NCBI GenBank assembly: GCA_945932505.1
Contig: CAMEQB010000001.1
Coordinates: 1-63,857, forward strand
Length of the DNA stretch: 63,857 nucleotides
DNA from: an uncultured Spirochaetales bacterium
Lineage (GTDB): Bacteria > Spirochaetota > Spirochaetia > Sphaerochaetales > Sphaerochaetaceae
Reading direction: 5' to 3'
Positions 56,397 to 63,857 of the stretch are shown one piece after another. The notes beneath the pieces were generated by a model. It made no database searches and was not told where the DNA came from. It worked only from the letters and a program-made list of their open reading frames with translations. Position 1 is the stretch's first letter. Every line of letters starts with the position of its first letter. A program made the translations under genes and the position numbers.

Positions 56397-56766
56397 AGAA
56401 AGAAAGGTATGGGCCATTCGTGGTGCAGTCACTGCAGACAGTAATAGCCCTGATGATGTAGACAGCGCTGTCAAAGAGATGCTTGACGCTATATACAAAG
56501 AAAACGATATCACTGAAGACGATGTAGTCTTTACTCTGTTTTCTCAGACACAGGATATAACAAAGAGAAATGCCGCTGCCGCTGCAAGAAAGAGCGGGTA
56601 CTCTACCCATACTCCTCTTTTTTGTGTTCAAGAGGCTTATGTAGAGAATATGCTTCCTCTCACAATAAGAGTATTAGTCGAAGTAGAGAAAAAGATGGAT
56701 AAGAAGCCAGTGATGGTTTATCTCAAAGGTGCAATGGCTCTTCGTCCGGATTTAAGGAGAAAATAA
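56386..56766 (+). CDS. aroH: chorismate mutase, AroH class
   Basis: AIRGAVT....N...D.......ML..I...N.I...DVV...FS.T.DI....AAAAAR and LTIRVLV are the AroH pattern. Confidence 0.85.
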   Translation: MEAEERKVWAIRGAVTADSNSPDDVDSAVKEMLDAIYKENDITEDDVVFTLFSQTQDITKRNAAAAARKSGYSTHTPLFCVQEAYVENMLPLTIRVLVEVEKKMDKKPVMVYLKGAMALRPDLRRK

Positions 56767-57335
56767 TGAAAGTAGCTATAGTAAATGCAAGTGCAAGGGA
56801 AAATGGGAATTCGTCTCATGCTGCAAACTTTATTTATAAGGAGATCCTTTCCCGCTGGCCAGATGCGGTTGTGGCCAGAGTAAACCTCTCTGAGATGAAC
56901 ATCCATCCATGTATGGGAGACGCTTGGTGCAGAAGAAATGACGAGTGTATGCAGGATGATGATATGAGATGGATCATTAAGCTCTTGGACGATTGTGATT
57001 TTGTCGTATTTCTCTCCCCAGTGTTCTTCAAAGACATGAGTTCCTTGATGAAGATCTTTACTGATAGATGCTACCCGATGATCAAAGGTAACCCAGGAGA
57101 GCAGAAGGCAAAGAAGAGTGGAAAGAAAGCCATCCTTATTATGTTCCAGTATGTTAAGGGAAAGGGATATGATGATGCCTTAAAACATACAGAGTGGGTT
57201 CTTGAGAATCTTGGCTTTGATGTGGAGGATTCTTTCTTATTCCGCGATGCAGATGACTTTGGTTCTGCAGGAGACGACGAGAAGAATCAACAGAAGATAG
57301 CAAAAGCAATCGCGGCAATGGGAGCAAGAAAATGA
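56766..57335 (+). CDS. flavodoxin-like NAD(P)H-dependent FMN reductase / iron-sulfur flavoprotein-like protein
   Basis: MKVAIVNASARENGNS and D.VVF.SPVFF are the typical flavodoxin_2/FMN_red pattern. Cys-containing segment HPCMGDAWCRRNDEC. Confidence 0.75.
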   Translation: MKVAIVNASARENGNSSHAANFIYKEILSRWPDAVVARVNLSEMNIHPCMGDAWCRRNDECMQDDDMRWIIKLLDDCDFVVFLSPVFFKDMSSLMKIFTDRCYPMIKGNPGEQKAKKSGKKAILIMFQYVKGKGYDDALKHTEWVLENLGFDVEDSFLFRDADDFGSAGDDEKNQQKIAKAIAAMGARK

Positions 57336-58216
57336 ATAGGGAAGAGGTAGAAGCTCTAAAGGAAAGGGCACCTTGGAGAGATCGCAAGACAGTAGTATTT
57401 CTCTCTGATTTCGGATATTCCGATGGCGCTGTAAGTGCTATGCACGGAGTTGCAGACCAAGTGGATAGGACTCTGAAACTGGAGGACCTTACTCATGAAA
57501 TCCCTCAGTTTAATATCTGGGAAGCCAGCTATAGACTTATTCAGACTGTTGAGTATTGGGCTCCTGGCACAGTATTTGTCTGTGTTGTAGACCCAGGGGT
57601 AGGAAGTGAAAGAGAGAGCGTGGCTGTACTGCTTTCCTCCGGTCATATTATCGTCACTCCAGATAACGGAACACTCTCCCATGTATCAAAGGGAATAGGC
57701 ATTGTAGAGAGAAGAAGAATAAGCGAAACTACAAACCGTCTTAAAGACAGCCAGAAGTCATATACTTTTTATGGCCGTGACGTATATGCTTATACAGGAG
57801 CTAGACTGGCTTCAGGCATAATCTCCTTTGATGAAGTAGGGCCGCTATTAGATAACGACGTCGTCATGTTGGAGATGAATGATCCTACAGTTGAAGAAGG
57901 AAAGATTACAGGCTCCATCGATATCCTCGATACCCGCTACGGCTCTATTTGGACAAATATCTCAGATACTCTTTTCTCCGATGCAGGATTTAAGTATGGA
58001 GACAGGATAAGAGTGGACATCGAGTATAGAGACCGCACCGTCTATGGTGCCGTCCTTCCTTTCTGTAAGAACTTTACTCAAGTAGAGAAGGGTGAAAGCT
58101 TGATATACGTCAATAGCTTACTTGACGTATCTATTGCTGTAAACCAAGGCTCTTTCACAGATCTTTATGGCGTAAAGACAGGAGAAGGATGGAGAATCTC
58201 CTTTAAGAGATGCTGA
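57332..58216 (+). CDS. SAM hydroxide adenosyltransferase / SAM hydrolase (DUF62 family)
   Basis: VVFLSDFGYSDGAVSAMHGV, VCVVDPGVGSERE and VTPDNGTLS are the DUF62 signature. Confidence 0.85.
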   Translation: MNREEVEALKERAPWRDRKTVVFLSDFGYSDGAVSAMHGVADQVDRTLKLEDLTHEIPQFNIWEASYRLIQTVEYWAPGTVFVCVVDPGVGSERESVAVLLSSGHIIVTPDNGTLSHVSKGIGIVERRRISETTNRLKDSQKSYTFYGRDVYAYTGARLASGIISFDEVGPLLDNDVVMLEMNDPTVEEGKITGSIDILDTRYGSIWTNISDTLFSDAGFKYGDRIRVDIEYRDRTVYGAVLPFCKNFTQVEKGESLIYVNSLLDVSIAVNQGSFTDLYGVKTGEGWRISFKRC

Positions 58217-58218
58217 TT

Positions 58219-59049
58219 CTAGATAAAAGGATTATAGTATCTGCCACCATTAACAATATTTAAGACCATTGATATAACCATTATGGCTACTGAAGCTATA
58301 ATGGCTATATAATCTCCCTTTCTAAATGGGCGGGAAGAGTACCAGGTACGTTTCTTATTCTTACCGAATCCTCTCAATTCCATAGCATTTGCAATGACTT
58401 CGATTCTCTCCATTGATGATACGATGAGCGGGAATAGGAGGGTTGCAGCGCATTTAAGACGCTTAAATAGGCCTTCTTTTTCCTTATTCAGCTCCAAACC
58501 TCTTGCCTGTTGGGCAACAGATATTTCGTGGTACTCCCTCTGGATATCTGGAATATATCTGAGGGCGAGAGATACTGAGTATGCAATCTTGTAACTGACT
58601 CCTACTCTGTTCAGGGAGGAGGCGAACTCACTTGGATCTGTTGTTGAGACAAATAGTATTACGATAGGGATGGTGGCAATATACTTCAGAATTACGTTAA
58701 GTTGATAAAAGAGCTGCTCTTTTGTCACAACCCATCTTCCGATTCCGTTCCAAATAACATGTCTCGTTCCATATATTGATACACCATGCTCGGGAGAGAA
58801 AAGGAATATCAGTACATTGTTAAGAACCATAAATACCAAAGTAAAGTTTATGACAAAGGATACGTCTTTATACTTTATCCCGGATATTTTGAAGAGAATC
58901 AAAGAAAAGATGGGTAGAACAATAAGCAGTCTTGTGTCGAAGGTGGTCATTGCAGCCAAAGACCAAAGGATCAGAACGATTAACTTAGAGGCTCCTGTGA
59001 GAGCGTGGATAGGTGACTTTTTATTGATGTAGTTAAAGACTCCGCTCAT
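58219..59049 (-). CDS. ecfT: ECF transporter transmembrane (T) component
   Basis: CbiQ/EcfT pattern with a conserved Arg-containing coupling helix (AQQARGLE, ANAMELRGF). Confidence 0.88.
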   Translation of the reverse strand: MSGVFNYINKKSPIHALTGASKLIVLILWSLAAMTTFDTRLLIVLPIFSLILFKISGIKYKDVSFVINFTLVFMVLNNVLIFLFSPEHGVSIYGTRHVIWNGIGRWVVTKEQLFYQLNVILKYIATIPIVILFVSTTDPSEFASSLNRVGVSYKIAYSVSLALRYIPDIQREYHEISVAQQARGLELNKEKEGLFKRLKCAATLLFPLIVSSMERIEVIANAMELRGFGKNKKRTWYSSRPFRKGDYIAIIASVAIMVISMVLNIVNGGRYYNPFI

Positions 59050-60752
59050 TTTCTCACCTCCCTGTCGTACTTTATAAACTTCCTGATAAACATGGTTTCA
59101 TCCACGCCTACAAGCTTCGCCAGGTCCGATAGACTGGTGCGCTTTAAGCTGGCTTTCTCAAGAAGAATATCGTCTGTAAGGATCATCTCGCTCTTGCCGT
59201 CTGCAATCATCTCGCCTTCAGTAAAGACTACAGCCCTATCTGAGTACTCGATCATAAGATGCATATCATGCGTAATGAGGATGATTGTATATCCCATTTC
59301 ATTGAGGCTCTTCAAAAACTCCATTATGGCTGTGTAATGTCTGAAATCTTGACCTGCAGTAGGCTCGTCCAGAATTATTACAGGAGGCCTCATAACAAGT
59401 ATACTTGCTATTGTGACCCTCTTTTTCTGTCCGAAGGATAGGGCGCTTATAGGCCAGGACCTGAAGGGGTAGAGACCGCAGACCTTTAATGCCTCGTCGA
59501 CTCTCTCGTTTATCTCATCCTGGCTAAACCTTCCATCCAAAATAAGCCCTAAAGCCACTTCATCCCTTATCATGGGCTTGGTGATCATTTGGTTAGGGTT
59601 CTGCATTACGTAGGCTATCTTTTCAGCCCTTTCTTTAATAGAGAGATTTGATATATCTTTTTCATCAAGATATATGTTTCCCTTGCTCTCTTTCTCGAAA
59701 CCGCATATTACTTTGCAGAAAGTACTCTTTCCAGCTCCGTTACGGCCCACTATACTCATCATCTCTCCCTTCTTGATAGAGAAGTTGATGTCTTTAAGGG
59801 CTTCTTTTCCGTTTGGGTAACTGAAAGAAAGATTCTTTGTCTCCAGAAGTATGGGCCTGTTGTCCATTTGGGGCTTATCAGGGACACTCTCAATCCAATC
59901 TATGACTTTTTTCTTGTCGCCATCGCTTAGGATGAGAGTGTCGATCATACCTGGCTTCATCTCTTCTTTTATCTCGACCCCTGCATATTTGAGGGCAGTG
60001 ACATATAGTGGCTCTCTTATGCCGTTCTTAATAAGGGAATCAGAAGAGAGAAGCTTATCTGGAGTAGTGTCCAAAATAATGGAACCTTCTCCCATTAATA
60101 CGACTCTGTCTACACTACGGTGAAGAACATCTTCGATTCTATGTTCTACGATGATGATGGTGGCTCCAGTATCTTTATAAATCTGGTCGATCAGTTCTAT
60201 TGTCTTCTTGCCGGAGGCTGGGTCTAAGTTTGCAAGAGGCTCATCAAAGAGGAATATCTCTACGTTGTCTACCATGACACCTGCTAGGGATACTCTCTGT
60301 TTCTGGCCGCCGCTGAGTTCATGAGGAGCGTGGTTTAAGAATGAATCTATACCGACTTTCTTTGCAGCTTCAATGACTCTTTCTCTCATCTCATTCAATT
60401 GGACATTGTCATTTTCCATTGCAAAGGCAATATCTTCGCCGACAGTGAGGCCAATAAATTGTCCGTCAGAGTCCTGTAGCACAGTTCCAGTTATCTTTGA
60501 TAAGGAGAAGATATCTAAATCTTTAAAACTCTTACCTTTGATTATCAACTCGCCTGTAGCATCTCCAGAGTAAGAAGCTGGAATAAGACCATTAAGACAA
60601 TTGAAGAGAGTAGACTTACCACATCCTGATGGACCGCAGATGAGGACTTTCTCTCCCTTGTGGATATCTAAATTGATTCCTTTCAGAGTCGGTTCAGCCT
60701 GAGCTGTATACTTGAAACCAAAGTTTTTGAAGCTAATGATACTTTCTTCCAC
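59046..60752 (-). CDS. fused tandem ECF ATPase (EcfA-EcfA', YkoD-like)
   Basis: Two complete ABC cassettes: GPSGCGKST...LSGGQKQR...LFDEP and GRNGAGKST...LSFGQKKR...ILDEPT. GTG start with gaggt upstream. Confidence 0.92.
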   Translation of the reverse strand: MEESIISFKNFGFKYTAQAEPTLKGINLDIHKGEKVLICGPSGCGKSTLFNCLNGLIPASYSGDATGELIIKGKSFKDLDIFSLSKITGTVLQDSDGQFIGLTVGEDIAFAMENDNVQLNEMRERVIEAAKKVGIDSFLNHAPHELSGGQKQRVSLAGVMVDNVEIFLFDEPLANLDPASGKKTIELIDQIYKDTGATIIIVEHRIEDVLHRSVDRVVLMGEGSIILDTTPDKLLSSDSLIKNGIREPLYVTALKYAGVEIKEEMKPGMIDTLILSDGDKKKVIDWIESVPDKPQMDNRPILLETKNLSFSYPNGKEALKDINFSIKKGEMMSIVGRNGAGKSTFCKVICGFEKESKGNIYLDEKDISNLSIKERAEKIAYVMQNPNQMITKPMIRDEVALGLILDGRFSQDEINERVDEALKVCGLYPFRSWPISALSFGQKKRVTIASILVMRPPVIILDEPTAGQDFRHYTAIMEFLKSLNEMGYTIILITHDMHLMIEYSDRAVVFTEGEMIADGKSEMILTDDILLEKASLKRTSLSDLAKLVGVDETMFIRKFIKYDREVRK

Positions 60753-60774
60753 AACAACCTCGACGAGAGAAGGA

Positions 60775-60809
60775 TAACAAAAAAAGGGGAATGAAAAAAT
60801 CCATTCCCC
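60775..60809 (-). terminator. intrinsic terminator between the S-component gene and the ATPase gene
   Basis: On the minus strand, ggggaatg (60809-60802) pairs with cattcccc (60793-60786) and is followed by TTTTTTTG. Confidence 0.75.
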
Positions 60810-60827
60810 GTCATTAAGAAGAAAAAC

Positions 60828-61382
60828 TTAGTTTTCTTTCTTCAAGCTACCAGCCTTTGGTTTTGCAGCTGCAAAAGCGACAGCCAGAAGTGTTCCTACA
60901 ATAGCTGTAGTGACAATGTTTGCGATTCCTCCAACCAAGCCCTGCAAGAATACTTTGTTTGCTGGCTCTGAGTAGATGAGGATATCAAGTACTGGTGCAA
61001 CTACGCCCCAAGCGATAAGGTGTGCAACAACCTGAGTGATATTGAATGTGATGATGTCTTTCGTTCCAAATCCATTCTTCTCGATATCAACTTTCTTTGT
61101 ACCAAGACCCATTACGAGACCAGCGACGCCACTTGCGATGACCCAGCTCCACCAAATTCCCCAACCATAGGAGAAGTCGATGAGTGCGTGGCCGATGAAA
61201 GCGATCAAAAGACCAGCGATTGGTCCAAAAAGAGTAGCCATGAAAGCCAAAAGACCATACTGAATAGAAATGTTTGTGTTTGGAACTGGGCTTGGGATAG
61301 CAACGAATCTACCTAGCACGAAAAAGAGTGCTGCTCCGATTCCAATAGCGACAATTGTAACGACAGGAGATTTTTTATTCAT
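60828..61382 (-). CDS. ECF transporter substrate-specific (S) component, UPF0397/YkoE-like
   Basis: 184 aa with about 5-6 TM helices. The N-terminal V.IGIGAALF.VLGRF..IP.PVPNT.I..QYG and WWSWVIASG patterns are typical of this S-component family. The substrate cannot be assigned by eye. Confidence 0.75.
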   Translation of the reverse strand: MNKKSPVVTIVAIGIGAALFFVLGRFVAIPSPVPNTNISIQYGLLAFMATLFGPIAGLLIAFIGHALIDFSYGWGIWWSWVIASGVAGLVMGLGTKKVDIEKNGFGTKDIITFNITQVVAHLIAWGVVAPVLDILIYSEPANKVFLQGLVGGIANIVTTAIVGTLLAVAFAAAKPKAGSLKKEN

Positions 61383-61479
61383 ACTTTTCCTTCCTTTACA
61401 TAGAGCTACTGGCTCAATGTTATGTTTATTATCAACAATTATCTTAAATGATTCAACACTGAGCCGAAATGTCTATATT

Positions 61480-63411
61480 TTATTTTAAGTGTTTATCCAT
61501 CCAGAGTGTGATTTCTTTCAGTCTCTTGATTCTATTGAGAGGTTTCCCGCTTCTTGAAAGTTCGTGTGTCTCGTCATGGAAGAGCATAAGCTTTGATTCC
61601 ACGCCCTTTTCCACAAGGGCTGAATACAGTTGATATCCTTCACTTACCGGGCATCTGTAATCTTTATCTGAGTGGATGATAAGAGTTGGAGTCTTTGCAT
61701 TCTTCAATATCTCTTCCATTGGGGAACGGTGGAAGAGCCCCTCAAGATTGTCGATGGACGCAGCACACTGGTCTGCTGCAAAATATGGGCCGATGTCACT
61801 TGTTCCCCAGAAAGAAACCCAGTTATAGATTGAGCGCTGAGTTGCAATGGCCTTAAATCTATCTGTGTGGCCAAGAATCCAGTTGGACATGAAGCCTCCG
61901 TAGCTTCCTCCTGTCTCTCCAAGTCTTTCTTTGTCAATATCAGGATATTTCTCCAGAACTACATCTGTGAACTTCATCAGGTCGCTGTAGTCGATGGTGC
62001 CGTATTTTCCCCTGATATCTGCAAATTCGTCGCCTCTTCCGTCAGCTCCTCTAGGGTTTGTCCAATAGACAAAGTAGCCTTCATTTGCCCAGTACTGCAT
62101 CTCATGCATGAATACTGTGCCATATACCGTCTTCGGGCCTCCGTGGATATCGAAGATGGCTGGATACTTTGTTCCTTCTTTATATCCATATGGCTTGATG
62201 ACCCAACCTGTAAGCTGGACTCCGTCGTTTTCAAACTCTATTTCTTCAGGTACAGCTACATACTTATTTTCCAATATTTTGTCGTTGAAAGATGTTAGGC
62301 ACTTTTCCTCTTCATCGTATACTTCCTGAAGCTTCTGGTCTCTCATGCCGATAAACATTAGTTTTCCTTCTTTGACAGAGAAACAATCGACGCTTCCTTC
62401 GTCTCCTATGACACTCTCGATGTTACCTTCATTATCTATTCTATATATATAAGAGGAGTGGTCGAGGGTAGTGGAGAAGTAAAGATACTCCCCATCTCTT
62501 ACAACAGGCTGTCCTCCGCCAAGTCTTACATCAGTTCCTACTGTACTTCCAACAGCTTCTCCCCATTTCTTCAATAGATGAATCTTTTCGTTTTCCACAG
62601 TGAAGAAGTCAGGATTCTGATTGATGCCATATTTATCCATGGTTGTTCCGATGGCAACGATCTTTTCTCCAAGATGGAAAGCACAATACACAGATAATTG
62701 GCCTAGAGGAAGAACCGTCTTCCAACTCCAGTCAGAAGTGTTTACTTCTCTTATTTCTGAATAGAACTGCTGTTTGGGACTCTTTCTCGTTTCGCCAACA
62801 GCAAGAATCTTGGATTTGTCAGAGCTGAGAGTGAATGTGTCTACGGAAAAGTCATCGTCAAAGACTCTTTCACACTTTCCGTTTTTGATGTAAACGAGTC
62901 TATTTCTTCTACCGTTAGTATATCCTTCACCGTTAAGATAGAAGCCGCACTCTTCAATATCTTCGTAACCCTCGAGTTCCTTCTCTATCTTCTTTTTCTC
63001 TTCATCTGTGAGATTCTCTGTTCTTTTATCAACACCCTTAGTAGCAATAATGGTGTCGTCAGAAATAAAATCAAAGGTAGAGATAGGAGAATCTACTTTA
63101 AAAGCAGGATGTGCTTCACCTCCATCAAGAGGTAAGGCATAGATGATGCTTGATCCTTCGTCCTTCTTTTCTTCTTCGCTTCTTTTTGCAAGGAAGTAGA
63201 TGCTGTTGTCTTTTACTGTGAAAAAGCCTGCTTTTCCATCAAAAGTCAACTGCTTTGCCTTCTCTCCATCTTTGATAATCCAGTAGTTTCTGTCGTACCC
63301 CGTCTTATCTTTCTTGACATTTGCCTTGATAAAGATGGTGCCATACTCAGTCACCTTGATTCCCGATAAATAACTATATTCCAAAAAATCTTCAAGTTTA
63401 ATTTTGTCCAT
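61480..63411 (-). CDS. S9-family serine peptidase (prolyl oligopeptidase / acylaminoacyl-peptidase-like)
   Basis: N-terminal beta-propeller region and a C-terminal alpha/beta hydrolase with nucleophile motif GGSYGGFM and HGGP. Start at MDKIK (63411). The upstream ORF extension runs into the tRNA gene. Confidence 0.88.
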   Translation of the reverse strand: MDKIKLEDFLEYSYLSGIKVTEYGTIFIKANVKKDKTGYDRNYWIIKDGEKAKQLTFDGKAGFFTVKDNSIYFLAKRSEEEKKDEGSSIIYALPLDGGEAHPAFKVDSPISTFDFISDDTIIATKGVDKRTENLTDEEKKKIEKELEGYEDIEECGFYLNGEGYTNGRRNRLVYIKNGKCERVFDDDFSVDTFTLSSDKSKILAVGETRKSPKQQFYSEIREVNTSDWSWKTVLPLGQLSVYCAFHLGEKIVAIGTTMDKYGINQNPDFFTVENEKIHLLKKWGEAVGSTVGTDVRLGGGQPVVRDGEYLYFSTTLDHSSYIYRIDNEGNIESVIGDEGSVDCFSVKEGKLMFIGMRDQKLQEVYDEEEKCLTSFNDKILENKYVAVPEEIEFENDGVQLTGWVIKPYGYKEGTKYPAIFDIHGGPKTVYGTVFMHEMQYWANEGYFVYWTNPRGADGRGDEFADIRGKYGTIDYSDLMKFTDVVLEKYPDIDKERLGETGGSYGGFMSNWILGHTDRFKAIATQRSIYNWVSFWGTSDIGPYFAADQCAASIDNLEGLFHRSPMEEILKNAKTPTLIIHSDKDYRCPVSEGYQLYSALVEKGVESKLMLFHDETHELSRSGKPLNRIKRLKEITLWMDKHLK

Positions 63412-63489
63412 GACCGAATGATAGCATATAGAGGAGAATCGGTAAAAGAAATAATAAGGGATAAAAAAATCCCATCTTGCGATGGGATA

Positions 63490-63563
63490 AGCCGCCTGTC
63501 GGATTCGAACCAACGACCCCGAGATTACAAATCACGTGCTCTGGCCAGCTGAGCTAAGGCGGC
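63490..63563 (-). tRNA. tRNA-Thr (anticodon UGU)
   Basis: Manual cloverleaf fold: acceptor GCCGCCU/AGGCGGC, D-arm GCUC-AGCUGGCCA-GAGC, anticodon arm CGUGA-UUUGUAA-UCUCG (one U-U mismatch), and T-arm GUUGG-UUCGAAU-CCGAC. No CCA is encoded. Confidence 0.85.
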
Positions 63564-63735
63564 ATGTTGAAACTATCATCTAGCTCCGACAGATGAGACT
63601 ATAACGGAAATCACACTCTTTTGACAAGTAGTTAAGAAAAAAAAGTTAAAAATATCATCTATAACCATCTTTGGCAGAGAAAAAGGGTTAACAGAGACCC
63701 CCTCTTATGATAAAGTTTCAAGGACTGAGGTATGT

Positions 63736-63764
63736 TTGACAAATTGATGCAATGTCGGTAATAT
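63736..63764 (+). promoter_or_regulatory. sigma70-type promoter for the 3'-terminal partial gene
   Basis: TTGACA (63736-63741), an exact 17-nt spacer, then TAATAT (63759-63764), 40 nt upstream of ATG 63804. Confidence 0.5.
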
Positions 63765-63803
63765 GACTCGGTAAGTCGAAATTCATGTCGGAGGAATATA
63801 GAT

Positions 63804-63857
63804 ATGGCAGGTAATGTATCAAAGAACGCTCATCGTGAAGGTTCTAAGGTTCTTCTC
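63804..63857 (+). CDS. 5' end of an unidentified CDS (MAGNVSKNAHREGSKVLL...), truncated by the window edge
   Basis: ATG 63804 is preceded by ggagga at a good distance and by a consensus promoter. Only 18 codons are visible. Confidence 0.4.
   Translation, partial: MAGNVSKNAHREGSKVLL

Noticed and set aside
61383-61479. Possible TPP or other riboswitch upstream of the ECF S-component gene.
   Set aside because: Only a single long-range 9-bp pairing (ggctcagtg / cattgagcc) is visible. There are no conserved riboswitch cores, and the region is too short and AT-rich.
63412-63513. N-terminal 34-codon extension of the peptidase ORF.
   Set aside because: The extension runs into the tRNA-Thr gene (63490-63563) and encodes an implausible F/Y/I-rich peptide. 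The Met at 63411 begins the conserved protein.

Overview
This 63.9 kb window is almost entirely chromosomal housekeeping sequence, densely packed with many overlapping start/stop codons. My guess is a spirochete, Treponema-like. The evidence is a compact rpmF-acpP-rnc operon, a long eukaryote-like IleRS, an HrpA-like helicase, an rnfCDGEAB operon, an Rpn/PD-(D/E)XK 'transposase-like' gene and Lol-like FtsX/ABC genes. That assignment is inference only.

Recognisable content, in order:
- 1-10 kb: an outer-membrane beta-barrel protein cut by the window edge, MscS, FtsH, LepA, a mutarotase, Udk, YidD, L32-ACP-RNase III and the CCA enzyme.
- 11-22 kb: a sugar locus (FucI-family isomerase, LacI, FGGY kinase, second mutarotase), IleRS, a lipoprotein, an FmdB zinc ribbon and TrpRS.
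- 22-34 kb: an AT-rich islet carrying one Rpn-family nuclease gene, a NifS-ThiI-permease operon, AroB, an HrpA-like helicase, HisRS, PcnB and a P-loop/Asp23-like fusion protein.
- 34-45 kb: two tandem mgtE paralogs, rnfCDGEAB followed by a GH57-like protein, and prfB with its programmed +1 frameshift.
- 45-54 kb: a PEGA protein, FtsY, a secreted protein plus an FtsX-ABC-FtsX set, RNase Z, a highly repetitive membrane protein and TsaC.
- 54-64 kb: DUF1015, AroH chorismate mutase, a flavoprotein, a DUF62 SAM hydrolase, a YkoEDC-like ECF transporter, an S9 peptidase and tRNA-Thr(UGU).

I found no CRISPR array, prophage, toxin-antitoxin pair or recognisable multi-gene defence system.

The most interesting unexplained signal is a pair of related leaders, one upstream of each mgtE copy. 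Each has a strong Shine-Dalgarno (SD) site, a short upstream ORF (uORF) starting MD(D/G)..GS, and helices that can sequester the mgtE ribosome-binding site. Neither looks like an M-box. Secondary leads are the P-loop/Asp23-like fusion, a GH57-like protein lacking its nucleophile directly after rnfB, an Fe-S-type Cys motif in TrpRS, an SPY (not SPF) motif in RF2, and a VPVEKIVEK-repeat membrane protein containing a 72-bp tandem duplication.

All family assignments come from reading the motifs by eye; no searches were run.
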